Part shown: positions 1 to 8,761 of the stretch, in pieces
How the letters are laid out: every line of letters starts with the position of its first letter
How positions within the stretch are numbered: position 1 is the first letter of the stretch
DNA from: Patescibacteria group bacterium
GTDB lineage: Bacteria > Patescibacteriota > Patescibacteriia > UBA2591 > UBA6264
Direction of reading: 5' to 3'
Assembly (NCBI GenBank): GCA_021735685.1
Contig: JAIPGN010000006.1
Location: 1 to 36,205 of the forward strand
DNA length: 36,205 nucleotides
Program-made: the position numbers and the translations under genes
The notes under the pieces: generated by a model
Databases searched by the model: none
What the model was told of the DNA's origin: nothing
Seen by the model: only the letters and a program-made list of their open reading frames with translations

Positions 1-471
1 GTTTTTGCTCAAAATCTAAAATCTCAAATAAAAGGACTGGAGGAAAAATTGGATACTTTGCTTGACGCTCATTTGGACGGCACAATTACAAAAGAAGAAT
101 ACACCGCCAAAAAACAAAAAATCCTCAACCAAAAGATTGGGATTTCTGAAAAATTGAAGGATTTTGAGCAAAACGGCAATCATTGGCTCGAACCTGCCAA
201 AAAATTCATTTTAGACAGTAAACAAGCCGAAATTATCGCTTTTCAGGAAAATCTTTTTGAGAAAAAAGATTTTCTAAAAAAGATTGGCTCGAACCGAATT
301 TTGCGGGAACGGGAATTGGTTTTTGAGCCACGCGGAGCGTGGCAAATCCTTTTAAAATCAGACCTTAGCACCCGCAGGGCGCGTGCCGAGGCGCTTTGCG
401 CCGAGGCAACAAACGCCGAACATACAATTTGGCTCCGGAGGTGGGATTCGAACCCACGACAAACTGGTTAA
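1..471 (+). CDS. C-terminal part of a probable large serine (site-specific) recombinase; 5' end outside the window
   Basis: The frame is open from base 1. The coiled-coil segment LDTLLDAHLDGTITKEEYTAKKQKI resembles C-termini of large serine recombinases. The ORF runs antisense into the tRNA-Asn 3' half (WLRRWDSNP). No catalytic domain is visible in the window. Confidence 0.6.
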   Translation, partial: VFAQNLKSQIKGLEEKLDTLLDAHLDGTITKEEYTAKKQKILNQKIGISEKLKDFEQNGNHWLEPAKKFILDSKQAEIIAFQENLFEKKDFLKKIGSNRILRERELVFEPRGAWQILLKSDLSTRRARAEALCAEATNAEHTIWLRRWDSNPRQTG

Positions 472-505
472 CAGCCAGTTGCTCTGACCCCTGAGCTACT
501 CCGGA
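430..505 (-). tRNA. tRNA-Asn (GTT), CCA encoded
   Basis: Minus strand reads TCCGGAG TA GCTCAGGGGTCAGAGC A ACTGG CTGTTAA CCAGT TTGTC GTGGG TTCGAAT CCCAC CTCCGGA GCCA, a complete 76-nt cloverleaf. Confidence 0.97.
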
Positions 506-513
506 TCATTAAT

Positions 514-777
514 TTAAGATTGATGATTTTTGATTGATGATTTATTTTTTATATATTCACGACCAGAACCTGATTTGAGATATTTTTCGCGTTCACGAGC
601 GATAATTCTATTTTCCAATTTTTCAAAATAAATCAATTTAAATGGACCTCTATTCTTTGTTGAAGGCGTAGAGGCAACACCATTATTGTGTTCTTTAACC
701 CTTCTTTCTATATTATTAGTCATCCCGACATAAAACTTACCGTCTTTCTCGCTTTTCAAAACATAGACGAAATACAT
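514..777 (-). CDS. Small GIY-YIG nuclease family protein
   Basis: YFVYVLKS...KFYVGMTNNIERRVKEHN...TKNRGPFKLIYFE...AREREKYLKSGSGR; 87 aa, YhbQ/UPF0213-like. Confidence 0.9.
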   Translation of the reverse strand: MYFVYVLKSEKDGKFYVGMTNNIERRVKEHNNGVASTPSTKNRGPFKLIYFEKLENRIIAREREKYLKSGSGREYIKNKSSIKNHQS

Positions 778-786
778 AGTTAATTA

Positions 787-894
787 TTAACAGCCAGTTG
801 CCCCTCCTTCAGCGAGTGAACTCGCTTACGGCGGGTAAATCTGACCCCTGTCCTCCTGTGAGGCGGATCAGCCTTTGGCTGAAGCTACTCCGAA
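787..894 (-). pseudogene. 5' half of tRNA-Asn (nt 1-38) interrupted by two hairpin insertions
   Basis: 787-801, 840-850 and 883-894 join to match 468-505 with one mismatch. Insertions lie at 802-839 (38 nt) and 851-882 (32 nt). Confidence 0.9.
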
Positions 895-897
895 ACA

Positions 898-953
898 GTA
901 ATTTATGATTTACGATTTAAGAATTATGATTGATTATTTTTAATTGACGATTT
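898..953. repeat. Degenerate heptamer tandem array (minus strand AAATCRT-like, 8 units)
   Basis: Minus strand: aaatcgt caattaa aaataat caatcat aattctt aaatcgt aaatcat aaattac. A 5-unit copy lies at 509-543. Confidence 0.8.
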
Positions 954-1283
954 GCGTGAAGAAACCATAATCGCCACAATCTCGTTAGTTTCTTTCAATA
1001 AAGCATTCAAAAAATCGCTTTTTATTATAGCATTCTTTTTAATAATTTCAAGCCAAAAGGCTGATTCATCAGCTTCTTCAATAACAACGCCAAGCTTTGA
1101 TATAAACTCCGCTTTTGATCGAGAACGACAAACGGCTCTATAGTTAGCTCCAACCGAAGTTCCGCTTCTAATTAATTGATTTCCTATCACTCGCCCCTCC
1201 ATTGTATTTGGCAACATTTTCACTAATTTAATTATACTCAAGGCATATTCTTTTGTTCTCTCCTTCAAAATTTCCGAGTTCAT
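924..1283 (-). CDS. Four helix bundle protein (23S rRNA intervening-sequence protein / bAvd-like family)
   Basis: QLIRSGTSVGANYRAVCRSRSKAEFISKLGVVIEEADESAFWLE is the family signature; 119 aa. Confidence 0.92.
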   Translation of the reverse strand: MNSEILKERTKEYALSIIKLVKMLPNTMEGRVIGNQLIRSGTSVGANYRAVCRSRSKAEFISKLGVVIEEADESAFWLEIIKKNAIIKSDFLNALLKETNEIVAIMVSSRKSSIKNNQS

Positions 1284-1320
1284 AATTAAATCTTAAATTT
1301 TAAATCTTAAATTTTAAATT
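1284..1320. repeat. Heptamer tandem array between the rpoD stop and the four helix bundle start
   Basis: + strand: aattaaa tcttaaa ttttaaa tcttaaa ttttaaa. Confidence 0.8.
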
Positions 1321-2620
1321 AATAATAGTCTTGAATCTTTTTAATGCCTTTTAATTGCCGTATTCTCTCCAACGCCCTGGCTTCAATCTGCCTAATCCTT
1401 TCCCTGGTTACTCCAAAAACCTGCCCCACCTCTTCTAAAGTGTGAGCCACTCCATCTGATAAACCAAACCTGATATCTAAAATTTTCTGCTCCCGCGGAG
1501 AAAGATCAACAATAATCTCCTTAATATATTTACGCAATAAAACTAAAGCTGCAGCTCGATCTGGGGCCATAGTCTTGATATCCTCAATGAAATCAACTAA
1601 TTCCGACTCTTTGCCGTCATCATCGCCTCCAATAGTAGTCTCTAAAGAAATAACATCTTGAGAAATTTTCATTAAATAACGAGCTTCACTGGTTTCAATC
1701 TCTAGCTCAGCAGCTATCTCTTCTGGCGTCGGCTTTCTTCCTAATTGTTGTAATAAATAGCGGTCAGCGCGATGAAATTTTCCTAAAATTTCAACTACAT
1801 GTACTGGGATTCGAACAGTTCGTGATTGGTCAGCCAAAGATCTAATAATGGCCTGCCGAATCCACCAAGTGGCATAAGTAGAAAATTTATAACCCCTTTT
1901 CCAATCATATTTTTCTACAGCACGAAATAAACCAATATTGCCTTCTTGAATTAAATCTAAAAAAGTTAAACCATAACCAGCAAACTTTTTGGCAATGCTA
2001 ACCACTAACCTCAAATTAGCTTCAATTAATTTTTGGGCCGCCTTTTTGTCCCCAGCATCTTTTTTTTGAGCCAATTCTACCTCTTCCTCAGAATCAATTA
2101 AAGGCACGTGACCAATTTCTTTAAGATACATTTGAATAGAGTCAGCCGAAAGCTTAGTGAGGTCAAAAAAGAGCTCTCCTTTCTTTTCTTTTTTTTCCGA
2201 AGAAAGGCTTAAAAGATCATTATCAGATTCCATCACTTGAATACCAGCTTTCTTTACCTCCTCTAGAAAGGCCTCGTAATCGGGCAAATATTTTTCTACT
2301 CGTGGAAAAGCATAAAGAATTTCATTTTGAGTGATAAATCCCCTTTGTTTTCCTTTAGCCATCAACTCTTGGGCTGCTTCTTGGGGCCACTGAAAACGAG
2401 AAGCTCTTTTCTTTTTTGGAGAAGTCTTTTTTGCTTTCTTTTTTTGAGGTTTCTTAATAACCTTCTTACTTGTTTTTTTGCTTTTTGAGCCAGCTTTCTT
2501 TTTTAAAGAAACACTAGCCTTGGTTTTCTTGCGAGAAGAAACCTTTCTAGCTTTTTTTCTCTTAGAAGAAGAGAACTTCTTATTTTTTTTACTCTTAGAA
2601 GAAGAGGTTTTCTTTTTCAT
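1319..2620 (-). CDS. rpoD: Primary RNA polymerase sigma-70 factor with a Lys/Ser-rich N-terminal extension
   Basis: Region 1.2 [49 protein letters not shown] and [20 protein letters not shown]; lies downstream of dnaG. Confidence 0.95.
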   Translation of the reverse strand: MKKKTSSSKSKKNKKFSSSKRKKARKVSSRKKTKASVSLKKKAGSKSKKTSKKVIKKPQKKKAKKTSPKKKRASRFQWPQEAAQELMAKGKQRGFITQNEILYAFPRVEKYLPDYEAFLEEVKKAGIQVMESDNDLLSLSSEKKEKKGELFFDLTKLSADSIQMYLKEIGHVPLIDSEEEVELAQKKDAGDKKAAQKLIEANLRLVVSIAKKFAGYGLTFLDLIQEGNIGLFRAVEKYDWKRGYKFSTYATWWIRQAIIRSLADQSRTVRIPVHVVEILGKFHRADRYLLQQLGRKPTPEEIAAELEIETSEARYLMKISQDVISLETTIGGDDDGKESELVDFIEDIKTMAPDRAAALVLLRKYIKEIIVDLSPREQKILDIRFGLSDGVAHTLEEVGQVFGVTRERIRQIEARALERIRQLKGIKKIQDYY

Positions 2621-2624
2621 AATT

Positions 2625-4433
2625 TTAATCTGCTAAATCTTGAGATATTTTTGTTATCCTTTTACTAGCTTTTTCAATTAATTTTTTTTGACCAGCTTTC
2701 TCCGCTTCCCTTAATTCATTCATAGCTTCATCCATTCTTGCCCGCAAATATTTCTTTTTCAAAGCCAAGAAAAAGGAAGAAATGGCTTGGCTAATTTCAA
2801 TATCATTACTCTCGGTAAAATTCTTTTCGGCTAGAAATAATAAGAAATCATAATAATTCTCTAATTTGCGATCCTTTATCTTATTCTTGATCTTAAGTTG
2901 ATCAATTTTTTTATATTTTTGATAATAATCTCTAATCAATCCTGCTATTTTTTGAGATTCCAAAGAGGGAAAAATATCCAATAATAAATTTTGCTTTTTA
3001 AAAAATTCAGCTCCCAATTTAGGGTTTTTTAAAACTAAACCCAAAAATCCCTTAGCAGATTGCTCTTCCATAGACTCCTTTTCTTTTGTTGGCTTCTTGA
3101 CCTCTCGAGAATTAGAATAAGAATAAGGAGTTTTCATCTTTTGTAAAGCATCTCGCAAAAAAACCTCTGAGACTGACAATTCTTCGGCCAATTTCCTTAA
3201 CCATAAACCCTGTTCCACTGAATCTCCAAGCTTAGCAATAACTGGTAGAAGTTTTTTGGTAATTTCTTTTTTGTCTTCGATTTTTAATAATTGCTTGCCT
3301 TTACTTTGGTAGGGCTGGAAGGCTGAAGAAAAATAATATTCCATAATTGGCAAAGATTCGATCAAAGCCTTTTTCCACCCTTTGCCATCCTTTTGAATAA
3401 ATTCATCCGGATCCTTGTGCTTGCCTAAATTAACAATTTTAACATTTAATCCTTGGCCTAAAAGAACATCAATGCCTCTCTTAGTAGCGTTCTGGCCCGC
3501 CATATCCATATCAAAGGCCAAAAGGATATTAGGGGCATAACGTTTCAAAAGCTGAGCTTGTTCTGTGGTCAAAGCAGTTCCTGAAGAGCAAATCGTGTTT
3601 TTGTAACCAGCCTGATGACAAGCCAAAACATCCATATTGCCTTCAACTAAAATAAAATATTTTTTCTTTTTGGCTTCTAATTTAGCTTTATCCAAGCCAT
3701 AAAGAACCCGACTCTTGTTGTAAATCTCTGTTTCCGGAGTATTGATATATTTAGCTATTTCTCTTTCCTCTTTTTTCTTTTTGCTCGGCAAAACCCTACC
3801 AGTAAAACCAACCACCTGACCGTGAGCATCATTGATTGGAAACATAAGCCGACAACGAAAACGATCATAATAACCAGAACCCTTTTGTTTAGAAACCACT
3901 AATCCCGCCGCTTCTATTTCTGAGCCTTGATATTTTCTTTTGCTCAAAAACTTAAATAAAGTATCCCATTGGTCAGGAACAAAACCTAATTGAAATGCAG
4001 CAATAGTTTGAGAAGAAACTCCTCGTTTTTCTAAATATTTTCGTGCTTCTTCTGCGGAAGATGATTCTAGTAAAATCTTGTGATAAAATTTAGCGCTTAG
4101 TTCACAAATATCCAATAATTTTGTTCTCTGACTAGTATTATGAGAATCGTATTGCTTGATTTCCACCCCAGCTTTCTCAGCTAAAATTCTCAAAGCTTCG
4201 GGAAAATCAACTCCTTCAATTTTTTGAATAAAACTAAACATATCTCCTCCCTCCCCACAACCAAAGCAGTGATAAATTTGTCGGTCTGGAGAAACAAAAA
4301 AGGAGGGGGTCTTTTCTTGATGAAAAGGGCATAAGCCACGAAAATTACTCCCGCTTTGTTTTAATTGCACATACTCAGAAACAACATCCAAAATATCTAA
4401 TTTGGACTTTATCTCTTCAACGTGATCAGCCAT
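2625..4433 (-). CDS. dnaG: DNA primase
   Basis: CHC2 zinc finger [11 protein letters not shown]...[24 protein letters not shown], and TOPRIM motifs VEGNMDV and FDMDMAG. Confidence 0.97.
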   Translation of the reverse strand: MADHVEEIKSKLDILDVVSEYVQLKQSGSNFRGLCPFHQEKTPSFFVSPDRQIYHCFGCGEGGDMFSFIQKIEGVDFPEALRILAEKAGVEIKQYDSHNTSQRTKLLDICELSAKFYHKILLESSSAEEARKYLEKRGVSSQTIAAFQLGFVPDQWDTLFKFLSKRKYQGSEIEAAGLVVSKQKGSGYYDRFRCRLMFPINDAHGQVVGFTGRVLPSKKKKEEREIAKYINTPETEIYNKSRVLYGLDKAKLEAKKKKYFILVEGNMDVLACHQAGYKNTICSSGTALTTEQAQLLKRYAPNILLAFDMDMAGQNATKRGIDVLLGQGLNVKIVNLGKHKDPDEFIQKDGKGWKKALIESLPIMEYYFSSAFQPYQSKGKQLLKIEDKKEITKKLLPVIAKLGDSVEQGLWLRKLAEELSVSEVFLRDALQKMKTPYSYSNSREVKKPTKEKESMEEQSAKGFLGLVLKNPKLGAEFFKKQNLLLDIFPSLESQKIAGLIRDYYQKYKKIDQLKIKNKIKDRKLENYYDFLLFLAEKNFTESNDIEISQAISSFFLALKKKYLRARMDEAMNELREAEKAGQKKLIEKASKRITKISQDLAD

Positions 4434-4451
4434 AAAATATTAAATAAATAA

Positions 4452-5735
4452 TTATTCTTGATTGGGATTCATCACCCGACCTAAGAACAAAATATTACCT
4501 GAATCTTTTTGTTGAATCATGAAGATAAAAGGATGATCAGCTCGGAAAACTGGAATTTTTGAACCTGGTCCAGCGCTAAGCAATTCCATTACCACCGCAG
4601 TAGCGGCGGCGGCCTCTGTCCCCTCTTCATTGACATCAACAAAGGCCTGATGAATTACTTCACTGATGAACAAATCTTTTTCTCCAGTCATGCCAGAAAA
4701 ATCAGCTAAATTAGAAAAAGCAGAAGACATGCCCAAATCTGATAAATCTTTCTTCATAAAATATTTAGTCTCAAATTTAAACTTAGGTAAATAAACCTTC
4801 ACTCTCTGTTCTCTTAACTCTTCTTTCCATTCTTCTATTTTCTCTACGATCAAAGTGTCTCCTAAGGCGTCAATATCATTCCCTTGTGGCAAAAAAATCA
4901 ACATTGACAATTCTTCTCCCTGATAAGGTAATTCCAAAATTTGTAACTGCTCATTTTCGAGATAATTAAACTCGGCCTCTTCGTCTGTACGTTGCATCAT
5001 TTCTGCCCTAACAACTTCACTTTCAGAAACCTTGAAATCCCTTTCCGTAGTTTGATCTTGATCAAACTCTTGTAACCAATTTCCCTTAAAATAAATAGCG
5101 TTAGTTAAAATTAGCCTAGTTAAGGGATTAATAGCACCAGCAGGGATTAAATCTTTAATTTTATCCTCGGTTTGTTCCCCTACCCAATCGTTAATAGTAA
5201 GACGTGATTCCTCGGCATTATTCTTAAAATCAAGATTAGTTATCTCAGCACCATAATATCTGTTAACTAAATTAAAATACTCAGTCAAAAATTCAAAATC
5301 TTCTTCAGCCCACAAAGCATTAGCTACCCTTAACTGATAATCCTTATCTTCTTGATTAATCACCTGATTGAGACTCTGGTAACCGCTTCTTAAATATTCT
5401 TCGCTCTCCGGAAAATGAAAAACAGATCTCATTTCTTCGGCAGTTTCTCCCCGAGCTCCTTCGTAAGTCATGGCTAAGGCACTAGAAATGCTATAGGGAG
5501 AGAAAAATATATTACCCTCTTCCTGTGCTTGATACCTCTGATAAAGATCAAGAGCAAATTCATTGTTAGCGATCACCACTTCTATTAGAGCTTCTTCTTG
5601 ACTGGCTGTTCCTAATTCTTCCTCTGGAGGAACCAACTCCATTTCTTTGGGAACGCAAGCCGTTACAAAAATACCTAAAAAAGCAAACATTAATAACAAG
5701 CTTGTAGTTTTGAAAAAACTTTTCTTTTTAATCAT
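4452..5735 (-). CDS. Serpin (serine protease inhibitor), predicted lipoprotein
   Basis: NIFFSPYSISSAL, LTNAIYFKGNW, hinge EEGTEAAAAT and FRADHPF; signal peptide ends in the lipobox VTAC. Confidence 0.95.
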   Translation of the reverse strand: MIKKKSFFKTTSLLLMFAFLGIFVTACVPKEMELVPPEEELGTASQEEALIEVVIANNEFALDLYQRYQAQEEGNIFFSPYSISSALAMTYEGARGETAEEMRSVFHFPESEEYLRSGYQSLNQVINQEDKDYQLRVANALWAEEDFEFLTEYFNLVNRYYGAEITNLDFKNNAEESRLTINDWVGEQTEDKIKDLIPAGAINPLTRLILTNAIYFKGNWLQEFDQDQTTERDFKVSESEVVRAEMMQRTDEEAEFNYLENEQLQILELPYQGEELSMLIFLPQGNDIDALGDTLIVEKIEEWKEELREQRVKVYLPKFKFETKYFMKKDLSDLGMSSAFSNLADFSGMTGEKDLFISEVIHQAFVDVNEEGTEAAAATAVVMELLSAGPGSKIPVFRADHPFIFMIQQKDSGNILFLGRVMNPNQE

Positions 5736-5743
5736 GATAATAT

Positions 5744-6232
5744 TTAATTAATTTTATTTTTTAAAATTTTAATTGCTGGATACATCACAAAATGACATTT
5801 TTTCTGACCAATCTCTTCCAAGGGAACCCATTCTACTCTTTCCACTTCATTGGGCTCTAAAGAATTAATTACCTCTTTGTCCTGCTTTAAAGAAGTAAGG
5901 TTAGCTTCATAAATCAAATTAATGGAATGACAAAATTTTTGCATACAGTAAAAATTCGTTTCTCCCACATAAAATGGTTTTGTCCCTTTAATCTTAACAC
6001 GATAGCCGGTTTCTTCATAACATTCTCTAATAATTCCCTCTTCAACAGATTCATCTAAATTAATTTCTCCGCCCGGTAGAATCCAAATATCTTTATTGTA
6101 CTGAGGAACTACTAAAAGAATTTTTTTCTGTGGAGACCTGATTAAACCGTAAGCAGAAATCCTCCAAAAAACCTGATCTCCTTTTTTTCTTTTAATTAAT
6201 TGCTGATTAACGTCGAAAAAATCATTATTCAT
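5744..6232 (-). CDS. NUDIX hydrolase
   Basis: Nudix box GGEINLDESVEEGIIRECYEETG. The ATG at 6232 is preferred over the upstream alternative start at 6250. Confidence 0.88.
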   Translation of the reverse strand: MNNDFFDVNQQLIKRKKGDQVFWRISAYGLIRSPQKKILLVVPQYNKDIWILPGGEINLDESVEEGIIRECYEETGYRVKIKGTKPFYVGETNFYCMQKFCHSINLIYEANLTSLKQDKEVINSLEPNEVERVEWVPLEEIGQKKCHFVMYPAIKILKNKIN

Positions 6233-6267
6233 GGAAAAAATTATAAACAAACCCTTGGTAAAAATTC

Positions 6268-6359
<92 letters not shown>

Positions 6360-6368
6360 TTGATAAAC

Positions 6369-7235
6369 TTATTTTTGATAAAAATGTCTTCTTAATTGCC
6401 CGCAACCAGCTTTAATATCAGTTCCCTTGGAAATGAAACGGCAAGTTTCTATTTCGTGCGAATGTAAGATTTTCTCAAAAAGATCAAATTTACTTATTTT
6501 AGATGGCTCTAAACCACTACAATTACCATTAAGACTACTTAATTTAACAATAAAAGGATAGGGTTTTATTAATTTCGCCAGCTCAAGAGCGTTTTCCGAA
6601 GAATCGTTTAAATCTTTAATCAAAATATAATTAACTTTCATTGGGGCTTTCTTGATCTCAGCAAAACTCTTTAAAGCCTCTAACCCCAACTTAATCGGTT
6701 GAGCAGAAGGAAGTATTTTCTTTCGTAATTTATCATTAGGGGCGTGTAAAGAAAAATGCAACTTCAAAGCAAGGTTAATGTCTTCTTCAGATAACTTTTT
6801 CATTAAGTCTGGCCTAGTCCCCAAGGTGGAAATAGTTGCCCGAGAATTAGGAAAAATTTTAGCTAAATTTTTAATACTCTCTACCACATTCTCGTAATTC
6901 AAAAGAGGTTCTCCCATTCCCATATATGATAATAGAATTTTCTTACCTTTTAACCGACCTTCTTTTTTTAAAAAAGAGAAAACATTCTTGATCTGATCTT
7001 CTATTTCTTGGGCAGTTAAATTACGAAAAAAAGCTTGATCAGCTTGCAAAGAGTCAATTGACTCTGCAGTGACGCAAAAAATACAACCCATAGAACAACC
7101 AATCTGACAAGAAATGCAAATTATCTCTTCGTCTAAATCATAATAACCCGTTTCAATAATATGATTATCTTTGGTTTGTTGTAAAAACTTAATACTTTTC
7201 TGATCTTTTGATTCTAAAAATTTTAATAATTCCAT
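6369..7235 (-). CDS. RlmN/Cfr-like class A radical SAM RNA methyltransferase, short form
   Basis: ICISCQIGCSMGCIFC (CxxxCxxC plus the upstream conserved Cys), MGMGEPL, SLHAPND and DIKAGCGQL. Confidence 0.85.
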   Translation of the reverse strand: MELLKFLESKDQKSIKFLQQTKDNHIIETGYYDLDEEIICISCQIGCSMGCIFCVTAESIDSLQADQAFFRNLTAQEIEDQIKNVFSFLKKEGRLKGKKILLSYMGMGEPLLNYENVVESIKNLAKIFPNSRATISTLGTRPDLMKKLSEEDINLALKLHFSLHAPNDKLRKKILPSAQPIKLGLEALKSFAEIKKAPMKVNYILIKDLNDSSENALELAKLIKPYPFIVKLSSLNGNCSGLEPSKISKFDLFEKILHSHEIETCRFISKGTDIKAGCGQLRRHFYQK

Positions 7236-7272
7236 TTTTTGTCAAAAATTAAACTAAGAACATTAAATAAAT

Positions 7273-8172
7273 TTAAATTTTCATTCCTCGCAAAGCTCGA
7301 ATTCTCTCCCCAACTTCTGGATGAGTCATAAATAATTTAGCAAACCAATTTTTATTCTCTGGCCCCCGCAAAGGAGAATGAATAAAAAGATGGGCATTGG
7401 CTTTGGAGGCGGTTCGCAAAGGGGCTTGATCTTTTGATATTTTTTCCAAAGCTTGAGCTAATCCCTCTGGATATCTAGTTAAAAGCGCTCCGGAAGCGTC
7501 TGCCAAAAATTCTCTTTTGCGCGAAACCGCCATTCTGATTAAACTAGCCGCTAAAGGAGCTAAAATTGCAGCCAATAGCCCTAAAATTAAAATTAGAACC
7601 CCTAATTTTCCTTCATTCCGACGATTCCCGCCTCTTCTAAAAAAACTAATCCTTAAGAAAAAGTTAGAAAGCAAGGCAATGGTTCCCGCCAGAATAACAA
7701 TCATGGTTTGAAGGAGCATGTCTTTATTACCAATATGAGAAAGCTCATGAGCAATTACTCCCTCCAGCTCCACTCTTTCTAGCTTGTCTAGAAGTCCCTG
7801 CGTTACCGCCACTACCGCATGCTTAGCATTGCGGCCGGTGGCAAAAGCATTAGGTTGGCTTTCTGGTAAAATAAAAATTTTAGGAAGAGGTAAACCGGCA
7901 GTTAAGCAAAGATTTTCTACAATTCGATAAAGCTCTGGATGGTCTTTTTTTTCAATAGGATGAGCCTTAGTTGTTCTTAAAACAAGTTTATCTGAAAACC
8001 AATAACTAGAAAAACTCATCAAAACACTAAAAACTACAGCAATGACTAGAATTAAAGAGCTTTCTAAAATATAACTAAAGAGCCATCCTAAACCAATAAC
8101 TAATACCAAGAAAAAAGTAACCAAAAGCCAAGTTTTGCGAACATTAGAATCCGCTTGCTGATAAAGGGTCAT
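7273..8172 (-). CDS. htpX: Zinc metalloprotease HtpX (peptidase M48)
   Basis: PNAFATG, HELSH, SRKREFLAD and FMTHP motifs with transmembrane helices; follows lemA. Confidence 0.93.
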   Translation of the reverse strand: MTLYQQADSNVRKTWLLVTFFLVLVIGLGWLFSYILESSLILVIAVVFSVLMSFSSYWFSDKLVLRTTKAHPIEKKDHPELYRIVENLCLTAGLPLPKIFILPESQPNAFATGRNAKHAVVAVTQGLLDKLERVELEGVIAHELSHIGNKDMLLQTMIVILAGTIALLSNFFLRISFFRRGGNRRNEGKLGVLILILGLLAAILAPLAASLIRMAVSRKREFLADASGALLTRYPEGLAQALEKISKDQAPLRTASKANAHLFIHSPLRGPENKNWFAKLFMTHPEVGERIRALRGMKI

Positions 8173-8185
8173 TTTCTAAATTTAA

Positions 8186-8737
8186 TTAAAATTTAACTGC
8201 TGGCGCTTGTCGAGCTGCTTCATCTTTAAGCTCAAAAAGATTCCTTTTACTAAAATTAAAAATTTTGGCCACTAAGTTTGATGGAAAACTTTCAATCTTA
8301 ATATTCAAGTCACGAACATTAGAATTGTAAAAACGTCGCGCTGCTTGAATTTTATCTTCTGTATCTCTTAACTCTCTCTGTAGTTCTAAAAAATTCTGAG
8401 AAGCCTTCAGATCTGGATAATTTTCCGAAACCGCAAAAAGAGATTTCAGGGTTTCAGTTAATTCATTCTCTGCCTTAGTTTTTTCTTCAACGCTCTTTGC
8501 TCCCATAGCTCTTGTCCTTGCTTCTGTTACTTTCTCTAAAACTCCTTTTTCGTGCTGAGCATAACCCTTAACACTTTCAATTAAATTGGGGATTAAATCA
8601 TATCTCCTCTTTAATTGAACATCAATATCTGCCCAAGCTTCCTGAGTTCGATTCCTCTTCTTGATTAAACCATTGTAGATCGCTATTAGCCAAAGGAAAA
8701 TTAAAACCAATAAAGCAATTAGATAATAAATTGACAT
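8186..8737 (-). CDS. lemA: LemA family protein
   Basis: N-terminal TM helix, WADIDVQLKRRYDLIPNL, ENYPDLKASQNF and RRFYN. Confidence 0.95.
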   Translation of the reverse strand: MSIYYLIALLVLIFLWLIAIYNGLIKKRNRTQEAWADIDVQLKRRYDLIPNLIESVKGYAQHEKGVLEKVTEARTRAMGAKSVEEKTKAENELTETLKSLFAVSENYPDLKASQNFLELQRELRDTEDKIQAARRFYNSNVRDLNIKIESFPSNLVAKIFNFSKRNLFELKDEAARQAPAVKF

Positions 8738-8761
8738 AAAATTTAAATTAAAATTAGTTAT

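Noticed and set aside
430-894. Intron-containing tRNA-Asn with a GIY-YIG homing endonuclease
   Set aside because: The downstream tRNA is already complete, the upstream half is disrupted by inserts, and there is no room or motif for a group I or II intron core.
924-1283. Diversity-generating retroelement suggested by the Avd-like protein
   Set aside because: No reverse transcriptase is in the window, and the nearby repeat pair does not differ only at adenines.
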